Of a DNA stretch of 64,000 bases, positions 1 through 9,452 are shown in pieces. The stretch covers positions 2,172,918 to 2,236,917 of the forward strand of contig CBDCOX010000002.1 of NCBI GenBank assembly GCA_965219995.1, written 5' to 3'. The stretch's first letter is position 1; each line of letters opens with the position of its first letter. Source of the stretch: Candidatus Latescibacterota bacterium (lineage in GTDB: Bacteria > Latescibacterota > UBA2968 > GCA-2709665). The notes beneath the pieces were generated by a model that was given only the letters and a program-made list of their open reading frames with translations, made no database searches and had not been told where the DNA came from. The translations under genes and the position numbers were made by a program.

Positions 1-1
1 G

Positions 2-673
2 GGCGGCGCCGTAAACGTCTACGACCAGAAATACCGTGAATGCGCGGGCGGCGGTATACCTGAACTCTTCGCGAAGACCGGTGCGGATGTGCTGGCCGGA
101 CATCGCGGGCGCATCGCCCGGCCCGACGACACCCGGCGCCTCGTGCCGGAAACCGAACTGGTCACCCTGTACGGGCTGGACTCGCGTGGACAGATCGAGC
201 GTCTGGGCTATACCGGCGGCAACGACTACACCGACAACGGGATTGAAGCCGAAAACCCGCTGAATCTTCCCCAGGCCAAGAACTGGGCCGGCGGTTGCGC
301 GAGCCTGGGGCCGGTTCTGGTCACGGATTCCGAGTTCGACGACGCCGGCGTCGCTGTCTCATGCGAAATCCTGAGAGACAATGTTCGTATCGCCCGCAAG
401 ACCGGACATACCGGACAGAGCCACCTCAATATGCCCGACCGCCTGTTCCACCTGGAGAGTTCTCTTTTCAGCCGTCTTCCCCTGCAGGAGAAGACGCTGC
501 AGTTGCTGTACTGGGGCACGCCCATCGTCTTTTCGGAAAGAGACCTGGCCAACGGCCTTCAGGTTGACGACATCGTCCTGATGTCCTTCGGCGGGATCGG
601 CTTCCTGCAGAACACGATTGCGCCGTTTCCCGACAGCCGCCAACTGGAGCGGCTGGAAGCCGGTAGGCGCTAG
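2..673 (+). CDS. fumarylacetoacetate hydrolase (FAH) family protein, C-terminal part; 5' end outside window
   Basis: Frame open from position 2 with no stop; C-terminal FAH-like motifs (LGPVLVT..., GTPIVF..., GDxV...GIGxLxNxV pattern); stop at 673. Confidence 0.55.
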   Translation, partial: GGAVNVYDQKYRECAGGGIPELFAKTGADVLAGHRGRIARPDDTRRLVPETELVTLYGLDSRGQIERLGYTGGNDYTDNGIEAENPLNLPQAKNWAGGCASLGPVLVTDSEFDDAGVAVSCEILRDNVRIARKTGHTGQSHLNMPDRLFHLESSLFSRLPLQEKTLQLLYWGTPIVFSERDLANGLQVDDIVLMSFGGIGFLQNTIAPFPDSRQLERLEAGRR

Positions 674-687
674 GCGGCGAATTCGCG

Positions 688-999
688 CTACAGCACCCGG
701 TCGTGACCCCACGGGTCCTGTTTGACAATCTCGAATTCCTTTACCGGACTGCGGCCGCGCGGCGGGTCGTGCAACGTTGAAGGATTGAAGGAGGCCCCGG
801 CCAGCTTCAGCAGCGATTCCAGTTGGGGTTGACCCAGCGTGAGTCCTTCAAGGAACATCTCGTCGCCGTTGATATCCTTCACGGTTGTTCCGTCCTGCCC
901 CACAAACACCCGGCGCAACGCCCGCAAGTTCGCACGGTGTTCGCGAAAATACGTCAGCGCGCGGGCGGGATCTCCGCCGTCGTACCTGAGGTCGGGCAT
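688..999 (-). CDS. hypothetical protein (~103 aa)
   Basis: ORF with GGAGG Shine-Dalgarno 6-8 nt upstream of ATG at 999 (longer ORF to 1029 lacks an RBS); no domain recognised. Confidence 0.4.
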   Translation of the reverse strand: MPDLRYDGGDPARALTYFREHRANLRALRRVFVGQDGTTVKDINGDEMFLEGLTLGQPQLESLLKLAGASFNPSTLHDPPRGRSPVKEFEIVKQDPWGHDRVL

Positions 1000-1334
1000 C
1001 GTTTGCCTCCGCGTTTCATTCGTGCGCATGGATCCTGAAGGAGAGACTGTAGATCAGACTGAAATATGGAAAAGCCCCCGAAATCGGGCAAGCGGATTCC
1101 ACGACCGTCCGCGGCAATTCACCTCCCGCCATTGGAGTCCTTCAAACGGAAGAGGTCAAAACAGCGCTTGCAGACAAGGTGCAATTGAGTTATATTAAGC
1201 CATCCTATTTCTTATAATTTAGTTTGTCTTATTGTTCATATTATCGAAAATGCAATGATTCCGGTCGTAAACCGGACCGGCAGTCGGACGTCAGAGTACA
1301 AGACGTCGAGTGCCCGTTGAAGAGGAGAACCGCC

Positions 1335-3356
1335 ATGGCGGAAAGCGCCAGAATACAGATTGACGGACGGCCGGGTGAATTTCCGTTTCCGGGCATTCCC
1401 GACGTGGGTGACGGCGGCGATGCCGCAGTCTGGGTGGAAAAACACATCAGCCAGGCCGCCTGCGCCTACCCCATCACATCTTCCTCCATTCTGGGTGAGA
1501 AATACAGCGCGGTCGTATCCAACGGCGGAGTCAACCTCTGGGGCGACACCCTGATCTTCATAGAGCCGGAGTCCGAACACAGTTCGGCTTCAGCCGCCGA
1601 GGGATTCGCGGTGGCCGGCGGCCGGGTCACGAACTTCACGTCCGGCCAGGGCCTGGTTCTTATGAAAGAGGTGCTCTACACGATCTCGGGCAAACGCCTT
1701 CCCGCCGTCTTCCATATCGGCGCGCGCGCGCTTACCTCGCAATCCCTCAACGTCCACGCCGGCCACGACGACATCATGGCCGTGGCCGACTGCGGCTGGG
1801 GTATCGTGTTTGCCCGGAACACTCAGGAAGTCATGGACACAACGCTCATCGCGCGGCGCGCGGCGGAAGCCTCGCAGACGCCGTTCATGGTTGTGCAGGA
1901 CGGATTCCTCACAACCCATACGGTCCAGAACGTCGTGGCCATCGAGCCCGAACTGATGAAGCTCTTCGTCGGACGCCCGGAAGACAAGATTCAGAATCTC
2001 ATGGACGTCGACAATCCGATGATGAGCGGCGTGGTACAGAACCAGGACAGTTACATGAAGGGCAAGATCGCCCAGCGGTACTTCTACGATCGCGTGCCCG
2101 ACGACCTGCGGGAAGCCATGCATGAATTCTACAGGATGACCGGAAGACGTTACGACATGATCGACGGATACCGGCTCGAAGATGCCGAATACGTCATCGT
2201 GGGCATGGGCAGTATGCTCGAAACCGCCCTCACGGCCGTCGACTGGCTGCGGGATACCGAGGACCTGAAAGTGGGCGCCCTTCACGTCACGTCGTTCCGC
2301 CCGTTCCCGGGCGTGGAGATTGTGGAAGCCCTGAAGAACGCGAAGGCCATATCGGTTGTGGAACGCATGGACAACCCCCTCGCGCAGTCCAATCCGCTGA
2401 CCGCCGAAATCAAGGCCGCCTTCGCCGACGCCGCGGGAGGCATGAACGGGTATCCTCGAATCGACCGCATTCCCCGGATTCTGTCGGGAATGGCCGGCCT
2501 GGGAAGCCGCGACGTCCGGCCGGGCGATTTCATTTCCACGGTCAGAAATATGCAGGCGGCCGCACCCGGACAAAAGGAACTGTTCGTTCTCAATATCGAA
2601 CACGATCTGGCACTCCAGAGGGAGGCCGATCCCGCCACCCGGGAAATCGGCGCCTTTGCGATGCGCGGGCACTCGGTGGGCGGGTACGGGTCCGTGACCA
2701 CCAATAAAGTCATTGCCACGCTGCTTGCCAACCTGGGGCTTCACGTGCAGGCCTATCCGAAATACGGATCCGAAAAGAAGGGTCTGCCCACCACCTACTA
2801 TCTCACCGCGGCCAACGAACACATCCGGACCCACTCCGAACTGGAAGTGGTGGACTTCGTGCCGCTCAACGACGTCAACGCCTTCAATACCGCCAATCCC
2901 CTGGCCGGCGTTGTCGACGGCGGTATGGTCTTCATCCAGAGCCCCCACACCGAAGCCGAAAGGGTATGGGACAATATACCGGGATGGGCCAAGAAGACGT
3001 TCCGCACCAAACAGATCAAACCCCTGGCCCTCGACGCCGTTAAAATCGCCCTGGAAGAAGCGCCCTCGCCGGACCTGATGCAGCGTTTCCAGGGCATTGT
3101 GCTTCTCGGTATCTTCCTGAAACACACGCCGTTTCAGAATGATCTGAATCTCACGGAAGACGAGCTGTTCGTCAACGTGGAAAACGCGGTCAACAAATAC
3201 TGGGGCAACAAGGGCAAGGGGGTCGTGGACGCCAATATGAGCGCAATCAGGAGAGGGTACCAGGAAGTGTTTGAAGTCCCGAGGGAACTGATCGAAAGCA
3301 CCATCGACCAGGAAACGGACGAACTTCCGGCGGGCCTGGTCTCAATCGGATGTTGA
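1335..3356 (+). CDS. pyruvate/2-oxoacid:ferredoxin oxidoreductase, fused alpha-gamma subunit
   Basis: GAGGAG RBS then ATG at 1335 (MAESARIQIDG...); POR N-terminal and transketolase-like domains followed by gamma-subunit motif GGYGSVTTNKVIATLLANLG...KYGSEKKGLPT; upstream extension of ORF to 1224 has no RBS. Confidence 0.85.
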   Translation: MAESARIQIDGRPGEFPFPGIPDVGDGGDAAVWVEKHISQAACAYPITSSSILGEKYSAVVSNGGVNLWGDTLIFIEPESEHSSASAAEGFAVAGGRVTNFTSGQGLVLMKEVLYTISGKRLPAVFHIGARALTSQSLNVHAGHDDIMAVADCGWGIVFARNTQEVMDTTLIARRAAEASQTPFMVVQDGFLTTHTVQNVVAIEPELMKLFVGRPEDKIQNLMDVDNPMMSGVVQNQDSYMKGKIAQRYFYDRVPDDLREAMHEFYRMTGRRYDMIDGYRLEDAEYVIVGMGSMLETALTAVDWLRDTEDLKVGALHVTSFRPFPGVEIVEALKNAKAISVVERMDNPLAQSNPLTAEIKAAFADAAGGMNGYPRIDRIPRILSGMAGLGSRDVRPGDFISTVRNMQAAAPGQKELFVLNIEHDLALQREADPATREIGAFAMRGHSVGGYGSVTTNKVIATLLANLGLHVQAYPKYGSEKKGLPTTYYLTAANEHIRTHSELEVVDFVPLNDVNAFNTANPLAGVVDGGMVFIQSPHTEAERVWDNIPGWAKKTFRTKQIKPLALDAVKIALEEAPSPDLMQRFQGIVLLGIFLKHTPFQNDLNLTEDELFVNVENAVNKYWGNKGKGVVDANMSAIRRGYQEVFEVPRELIESTIDQETDELPAGLVSIGC

Positions 3357-3488
3357 CCCGCGGTTCCGATTTCACCAACAGTGCAGTGCCTTCCGATATC
3401 GCGTTTCAGGTGCGCATCGTCGTCACGTTCCAAACCCGCAACGATCAAGCCCAATCCGAACGTTCAAGCCGAATGGGAGTAAAAAACC

Positions 3489-5132
3489 ATGTCGACCAAT
3501 GGCAAGAGCGAGCCAGCCACACTGTTGAGCGTCAGTTCATTGGAGGAAATGGAGGAGGAACCGGTCTCCTCTTCGCCGCTCAACCTGCATACCCTGCTGG
3601 ACATCGAAGACTTCAACGGCAGGGTCGTGGCGGGGTACAATACGGGCATTGCCGAACAGGGCCTGCCCGCTGACGTCGGCGTTGCCCGCAGCCTGGTGGG
3701 TCCGGGTACCGGCGCACTTCGCGACTTCAGCTACATCGCCCCCGAGATCCCGGAGTTCATCCAGGAAAACTGCGTCGGCTGCATGGACTGCGTCACGGAA
3801 TGTCCGGATACGGCCATACTCGGCAAAATCACCACCCGCGAAGAACTGGACGCCGCACTGGCCAAAACCACCGATCCGGAAACCAGAGAATTCCTGCGCA
3901 ACCAGTTTTCCGAGACCTCGAAGTACTACAAGAACTTCGAGAAAAAAGGAAAAGAGGGCGCTTATTTCGGCATCTTCATAGACCCCACCAAGTGCAAGGG
4001 CTGCGCCGAGTGCGTCGAGGTCTGCGCAGATAAGGACGCCCTGAAAATGGTCACCAAGACGGAAGAAAACCTTGAGGATTTCCGGGCGGCCTGGGACTTC
4101 CACAACGAACTGCCTGAATCTCCGAGCGAATACATCCTCGAAAAATCCGTTCAGGACATGATGCTGGCTGAACGATCTCTCCTCTACGTGGGCGGCGCCG
4201 GATCCTGCATGGGCTGCGGAGAAGCCACGGCCCTGCGAATGATGCTGGCTTCCACGGGTTATCTGCACGGGCCCGAAAACATCGGCCTTGTCGCATCCAC
4301 CGGCTGCAATACCGTCTACACCTCCACCTATCCATACAACCCCTATACGGTGCCCTGGACCAACTCCCTCTTCGAAAACGGACCCACGGATGCCATGGGC
4401 GTGCGTGCCCGCTGGGACCAGATGGGCTGGCAGGACAAGAAGATCTGGGTGATCGGCGGAGACGGGGCCATGCTCGATATCGGATTCCAGGCGCTCTCGC
4501 GGATGCTCATGTCAGGCATGAACATCAACGTCCTGGTCCTGGATACCCAGGTCTACTCCAATACCGGCGGACAGGCCTCCACTTCGAGTTACATGGGTCA
4601 GAACACCAAAATGTCGGTCCACGGTTCCGCCGTTCCCGGAAAGACCGAACGCCGGAAGGAACTCGGCCAGATCTGCATGATGCATCCGGACACCTTCGTG
4701 GCGCAGACCATATGCAGCCTTCAGAACCACTTTTACCGCGCAATCGCCGCGGCCAACGAATTCGACGGCCCGGCCGTAATCAACGTCTTCACCACGTGCC
4801 AGCCCGAACACGGTGTGGGAGACCACCTGGCAGGACACCAGGCCAAGCTGGCCATGGAGTCCAGGGCGTTCCCCATCTTCATCTACGATCCGCGCGAGGG
4901 TGAACGCATCAAGGAACGGCTGGATCTCCGGGGAAACCCGGCCGTCAAGGATGACTGGTATACCATCCGCAAAACCGGCGAAACGGTCGACTTTGTCACT
5001 TTCGCGCGGACCGAGGGACGATTCGCAAAGCACTTCGACAGAGACGGAAACCCATCCGAAACCCTGTTGGCCGCTCAGGAAGACCGCCGGCAGAACTGGC
5101 GCATGCTCCAGGAGATGGCCGGCATCATCTGA
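3489..5132 (+). CDS. pyruvate/2-oxoacid:ferredoxin oxidoreductase, fused delta-beta subunit (2x[4Fe-4S] + TPP-binding)
   Basis: Two CxxCxxCxxxCP ferredoxin motifs (CVGCMDCVTECP, CKGCAECVEVC) then TPP-binding GGDGAMLDIGFQALS; GGGAG RBS upstream of ATG 3489. Confidence 0.85.
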   Translation: MSTNGKSEPATLLSVSSLEEMEEEPVSSSPLNLHTLLDIEDFNGRVVAGYNTGIAEQGLPADVGVARSLVGPGTGALRDFSYIAPEIPEFIQENCVGCMDCVTECPDTAILGKITTREELDAALAKTTDPETREFLRNQFSETSKYYKNFEKKGKEGAYFGIFIDPTKCKGCAECVEVCADKDALKMVTKTEENLEDFRAAWDFHNELPESPSEYILEKSVQDMMLAERSLLYVGGAGSCMGCGEATALRMMLASTGYLHGPENIGLVASTGCNTVYTSTYPYNPYTVPWTNSLFENGPTDAMGVRARWDQMGWQDKKIWVIGGDGAMLDIGFQALSRMLMSGMNINVLVLDTQVYSNTGGQASTSSYMGQNTKMSVHGSAVPGKTERRKELGQICMMHPDTFVAQTICSLQNHFYRAIAAANEFDGPAVINVFTTCQPEHGVGDHLAGHQAKLAMESRAFPIFIYDPREGERIKERLDLRGNPAVKDDWYTIRKTGETVDFVTFARTEGRFAKHFDRDGNPSETLLAAQEDRRQNWRMLQEMAGII

Positions 5133-5166
5133 GAAACGCAGCAGACATCGCCATCGATCGTCACAC

Positions 5167-5206
5167 GAAAAGCCTCTGGAGGAGAGCGCCTCCCGGGGCT
5201 TTTTTC
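5167..5206 (+). terminator. rho-independent terminator after PFOR genes
   Basis: aaaagcctctggagg...cctcccggggctttttt: GC-rich hairpin followed by T-run (also complementary A/T flanks). Confidence 0.5.
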
Positions 5207-5257
5207 ATTATCGGTCCCGCTCAGACCGCGCGAAACAGTCCGTTGAGGGCAACAAAT

Positions 5258-5286
5258 TTGACTTTTCGGGCGTCTACCGGTAAATT
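5258..5286 (+). promoter_or_regulatory. putative sigma70-type promoter for aceE (TTGACT-N17-TAAATT)
   Basis: TTGACT at 5258-5263, 17-nt spacer, TAAATT at 5281-5286, ~60 nt upstream of aceE start. Confidence 0.3.
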
Positions 5287-5348
5287 CAGGAGCCGATCGC
5301 ACTCGGGAACTCATCAGGAATTTGAAACCGCTTCCAGCGAGGCCGTTC

Positions 5349-8054
5349 ATGTCAGACAAAGTCGTCCGAATCCCCTCCCGAGACGTCGACCCCGCCGAAA
5401 CCCGGGACTGGATCGAATCGCTCGACTATGCCCTGAAGAACTACGGCCCCGACCGGGTCCGCTTCCTTTTCAAGAAAATCGAAGAATGGGCGCACCGCGC
5501 CGAAGTGGTCATCCCTTTCAGCGCGAATACGCCCTACATCAACACCATTCCGGTGGATCAGCAGCACCCGTATCCCGGCAACCGGGAAATCGAACGCCGC
5601 ATCAAAAGCATCATCCGCTGGAACGCCATGGCCATGGTGGTTCGAGCCAACCGTGAATACGACGGCATTGGCGGCCACATTTCCACCTACGCATCCGCGG
5701 CCACGCTGCTCGAGGTGGGCTTCGACCACTTCTTTCATGGCCGGGGAAACGGCTTCGTGGGCGACCAGGTGTATTTCCAGGGGCACGCGGCACCGGGTGT
5801 CTACGCCCGGGCCTTCCTCGAGGGCAGGATCGACGAACAGGCCCTGGAGAATTTCCGCAGGGACCTGCGACGCCCCGGCGGTCTGTCCTCCTACCCGCAC
5901 CCCTGGCTGATGCCCGACTTCTGGGAGTACCCCACGGTATCGATGGGCCTGGCGCCCATAATGGGCATCTATCATGCGCGGTTCAACCGCTACCTGGAAG
6001 ACCGGGGCCTCAAGGACACCTCCGGTTCCCACGTTTGGGTCTTTATGGGTGACGGTGAAACCGACGAGCCGGAATCCCTCGGCGCCATCACACTGGCCTC
6101 CAGGGAAAAGCTGGACAACCTCATCTTCGTAATCAACTGCAATCTCCAGCGGCTGGACGGGCCGGTACGCGGCAACGGCAAAATCATCCAGGAACTGGAA
6201 GCCGCTTTCAGGGGGGCCGGCTGGAACGTCATCAAAGTGATCTGGGGCGACGACTGGGACCCGTTGCTGGACCGCGACGAGGAGGGCATCCTCGCTCAGC
6301 GCATGAACGAAGTGGTAGACGGTCAATACCAGAAATATACCGTTGAATCGGGCGACTACATCCGACGGGACTTCTTCGGCGTGCATCCCGAACTGCTCGA
6401 CATGGTCGACCATCTCTCCGACGAACAGTTGCAGAAAATGCGCCGGGGCGGACACGACCCGGAAAAAGTGTACGCCGCGTACAGGTCGGCCGTGGAGCAC
6501 GTGGGCTCGCCCACCGTCATTCTCGCAAAAACGATCAAGGGCTACGGAGTTGGCGAATCCGGCGAAGGCCGGAACGTCACCCACCAGCAGAAGAAACTGA
6601 ACGAAGACGAACTGCGGGAATTCCGATCCCGCTTCGGAATCCCGATCTCAGACGGCGAAGTCGCCGCAGCACCCTTTTACCGGCCACCCGAAGACAGTCC
6701 GGAAATCAAATACATGAAACGACGGCGGGAGGAACTCGGCGGTTATCTCCCGAGCCGACAGGTCAATACGCAACCTCTCGCCGTTCCCCCGCGGGGCCTG
6801 TTCGACGAATTCCTGAAGGGCACGCAGGGCCGGCAGGCCTCTACGACGATGGCCTTCGTCCGGATGTTCTCAAAGCTCCTGCGCGACCCGGAAATCGGCA
6901 AACTCATCGTGCCCATCATCCCCGACGAAGCCCGCACGTTCGGCATGGAACCGCTTTTTCGACAATGCGGAATCTACTCCCGCGTCGGGCAGCTTTACGA
7001 GCCCGTAGACGCCGACAGGCTTTTGTATTACCGGGAGGTCCGGGAGGGTCAGATTCTGGAAGAAGGCATCAACGAAGCCGGCTCCATGTGCTCCTTCATT
7101 GCCGCGGGCACGGCCTATGCCACCTGCGGCGTAAACACCATCCCGTTCTTCATCTACTATTCCATGTTCGGGTTTCAACGCATCGGCGACCTGATCTGGG
7201 CAGCCGCGGATATGCGGTGCAAGGGCTTCCTGCTGGGGGGCACGGCCGGCAGGACCACGTTGAACGGCGAAGGCCTGCAACACCAGGACGGACACAGTCA
7301 CGTACTGGCCAGCACTGTGCCCAACCTGCTCACCTACGATCCGGCATACGCTTACGAAATCGCGGTCATCGTTCACGACGGGATCCGGAGAATGTACGCG
7401 GAGCAGGAGGACATCTTCTATTATCTGACGCTTGGGAACGAGCCTTACGATATGCCGTCTATGCCCGAGGGCGCCGAGGAAGGCATCATCAGAGGCATCT
7501 ACAGACTCAAGCCGGACGCCCTGGAAGACGCGACGCACCACGTTCAACTCTTCGGCAGCGGCGCCATTTTGAGGGAAGCGCTTCGCGCCCGGGAGATTCT
7601 GGCGGATAAATACGGCATCTCCGCGCAGGTCTGGAGCGTCACCAGCTACAAGGAATTGCGTAAAGACGCCCTCGAAACCGAGCGCTGGAACCGGCTGCAT
7701 CCTTCCGAGCCCGCACGCAAACCCTACATCGCCAGCGTACTCGAAAACACCAGGGGCCCCATTGTGGCCGCGTCCGACTATATGAAAATCCTGCCCGATA
7801 TGATCCGCCCCTGGGTGCCGCAGGACCTGATCGCCCTGGGTACCGACGGCTTCGGAAGAAGCGATACCCGGGAGGCGCTTCGCCGGCATTTTGAAGTCGA
7901 CGCCGAATCCATCGTCGTTGCCGCGCTCCACGCCCTCTCGAAACGGGGCGGCATCGGGGGAGACCGGGTCGCCGGCGCCATCGAAGATCTCGGCGTCGAC
8001 CCCGAAAAAGCCAATCCGGTCGCGGCGGGTCCAACGTTGAGTTACGGAAAGTAG
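5349..8054 (+). CDS. aceE: pyruvate dehydrogenase E1 component (homodimeric type)
   Basis: MSDKVVRIPSRDVDPAETRDWIESLDYAL... matches AceE N-terminus over ~900 aa; alternative upstream ATG at 5322. Confidence 0.9.
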   Translation: MSDKVVRIPSRDVDPAETRDWIESLDYALKNYGPDRVRFLFKKIEEWAHRAEVVIPFSANTPYINTIPVDQQHPYPGNREIERRIKSIIRWNAMAMVVRANREYDGIGGHISTYASAATLLEVGFDHFFHGRGNGFVGDQVYFQGHAAPGVYARAFLEGRIDEQALENFRRDLRRPGGLSSYPHPWLMPDFWEYPTVSMGLAPIMGIYHARFNRYLEDRGLKDTSGSHVWVFMGDGETDEPESLGAITLASREKLDNLIFVINCNLQRLDGPVRGNGKIIQELEAAFRGAGWNVIKVIWGDDWDPLLDRDEEGILAQRMNEVVDGQYQKYTVESGDYIRRDFFGVHPELLDMVDHLSDEQLQKMRRGGHDPEKVYAAYRSAVEHVGSPTVILAKTIKGYGVGESGEGRNVTHQQKKLNEDELREFRSRFGIPISDGEVAAAPFYRPPEDSPEIKYMKRRREELGGYLPSRQVNTQPLAVPPRGLFDEFLKGTQGRQASTTMAFVRMFSKLLRDPEIGKLIVPIIPDEARTFGMEPLFRQCGIYSRVGQLYEPVDADRLLYYREVREGQILEEGINEAGSMCSFIAAGTAYATCGVNTIPFFIYYSMFGFQRIGDLIWAAADMRCKGFLLGGTAGRTTLNGEGLQHQDGHSHVLASTVPNLLTYDPAYAYEIAVIVHDGIRRMYAEQEDIFYYLTLGNEPYDMPSMPEGAEEGIIRGIYRLKPDALEDATHHVQLFGSGAILREALRAREILADKYGISAQVWSVTSYKELRKDALETERWNRLHPSEPARKPYIASVLENTRGPIVAASDYMKILPDMIRPWVPQDLIALGTDGFGRSDTREALRRHFEVDAESIVVAALHALSKRGGIGGDRVAGAIEDLGVDPEKANPVAAGPTLSYGK

Positions 8055-8096
8055 CGTCACGCCGGCTGCGTCTATGGTGCTTGCAAAGGAGGAACC

Positions 8097-9389
8097 GTGG
8101 CTGAGGAATTCAGACTTCCGGACCTGGGCGAAGGCATCGATCGGGGCGACGTGGTGCGTGTCCTGGTCTCGGAAGGAGATTCGATCGCGGTGGATCAGCC
8201 CGTTATCGAACTGGAGACCGACAAGGCGCTGGTTGAAGTCCCGTCTTCAGTCGCCGGCACGGTTGCTTCGGTCAACGTCGGGAACGGCGACAGCATCTCG
8301 CCCGGGACCGTGCTCATTACCGTCGAAGCGGCGCAGGCGGCGACTGCTGGCGAATCGGTCGAGGAGCCCCGCACCGTCGACCGGAAGGCCCAGCCGCAAT
8401 TCTCGGATAAGCGGGAGGTCGTGCAGCAGGCGCCAGGCCCGCCGAACGCGGGCGCGGACGAAGATTCGGGCGGGGCAGCGGCACCCGCCCAGGTCACCGT
8501 GCCGGCCGCGCCATCCGTACGAAGATTCGCACGCGAACTCGGCGTCGATCTCCGGCGGGTTTCCGGCAGCGGCGCAGGCGGGCGGATCACCCGCGACGAC
8601 GTAAAGAGCTACGTGCAGACCTCATTGAACGAAGCGGCGTCGGCCGGGCCCGTCATCGCGCCCGACCTGCCCGATTTCACGCGATGGGGTCATGTCGAGC
8701 GCCAATCCCTGCCAGGCGTGCGCAGAGCCATTGCGCAGAACGTCGGTACAGCCTGGGCGCAGGTCCCGCACGTCACGCAGTTCGACCGGGCCGACGTGAC
8801 GGACCTGGAGGCGTTCCGGCAGCGACACAAGGCCGGCACGGAGTCCCGTGGCGGCAAGCTCACGCCCACGGCATTCGTGCTGAAGGCCGTCGTTAACGCG
8901 CTGAAGGCCTTTCCCCGGTTCAATGCCAGTCTGGACCTGGCCGCGGGTCAGCTCATCCTCAAGCACTACTACCACGTCGGCGTGGCCGTCGATACCGAGA
9001 GGGGCCTGCTCGTGCCGGTGATCCGCGACGTCGACCGGAAAGACATCTTCGAACTGGCCGTTCAGCTGGACGACCTCGCCCGCCGTACCCGGGAAGGCAG
9101 AGCCGAGCTCGAAGAACTCCAGGGCGGGACCTTTACCGTCACCAATCTGGGCAGCATTGGCGGCGCTGCCTTCACGCCCATCGTCAACTTCCCGGAAGTC
9201 GCCATCCTCGGCATGGGGCGGTCCCGGCCGGAACCCGCCGTGAACGACGGGCGCATCGAATCCCGGCTCATCATGCCAATCTGCCTTTCGTACGACCACC
9301 GCGTGGTCGACGGCGCCGACGGCGCGCGATTCACCAGGCACCTGGTTGCGTCACTCGAAGATCCGGAACGCATGCTGCTCGGCGGATAA
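8097..9389 (+). CDS. aceF: dihydrolipoamide acetyltransferase E2 component
   Basis: GTG start at 8097 preceded by AAGGAGG; lipoyl domain (LPDLGEGI...ETDKA), E3-binding domain and catalytic C-terminus (SYDHRVVDGA). Confidence 0.9.
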   Translation: MAEEFRLPDLGEGIDRGDVVRVLVSEGDSIAVDQPVIELETDKALVEVPSSVAGTVASVNVGNGDSISPGTVLITVEAAQAATAGESVEEPRTVDRKAQPQFSDKREVVQQAPGPPNAGADEDSGGAAAPAQVTVPAAPSVRRFARELGVDLRRVSGSGAGGRITRDDVKSYVQTSLNEAASAGPVIAPDLPDFTRWGHVERQSLPGVRRAIAQNVGTAWAQVPHVTQFDRADVTDLEAFRQRHKAGTESRGGKLTPTAFVLKAVVNALKAFPRFNASLDLAAGQLILKHYYHVGVAVDTERGLLVPVIRDVDRKDIFELAVQLDDLARRTREGRAELEELQGGTFTVTNLGSIGGAAFTPIVNFPEVAILGMGRSRPEPAVNDGRIESRLIMPICLSYDHRVVDGADGARFTRHLVASLEDPERMLLGG

Positions 9390-9452
9390 CAGGCAATCAG
9401 GGAACCGAAAGCCCCATGCGGGGCCCGCCGTGAACACTCGACCGGAGCGACC

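Noticed and set aside
1590-3125. 511-aa minus-strand ORF
   Set aside because: It is antisense to the PFOR alpha-gamma gene, which has unambiguous homology. It is a shadow ORF.
5352-6584. 410-aa minus-strand ORF
   Set aside because: It is antisense to aceE.
6870-8060. 396-aa minus-strand ORF
   Set aside because: It is antisense to aceE.
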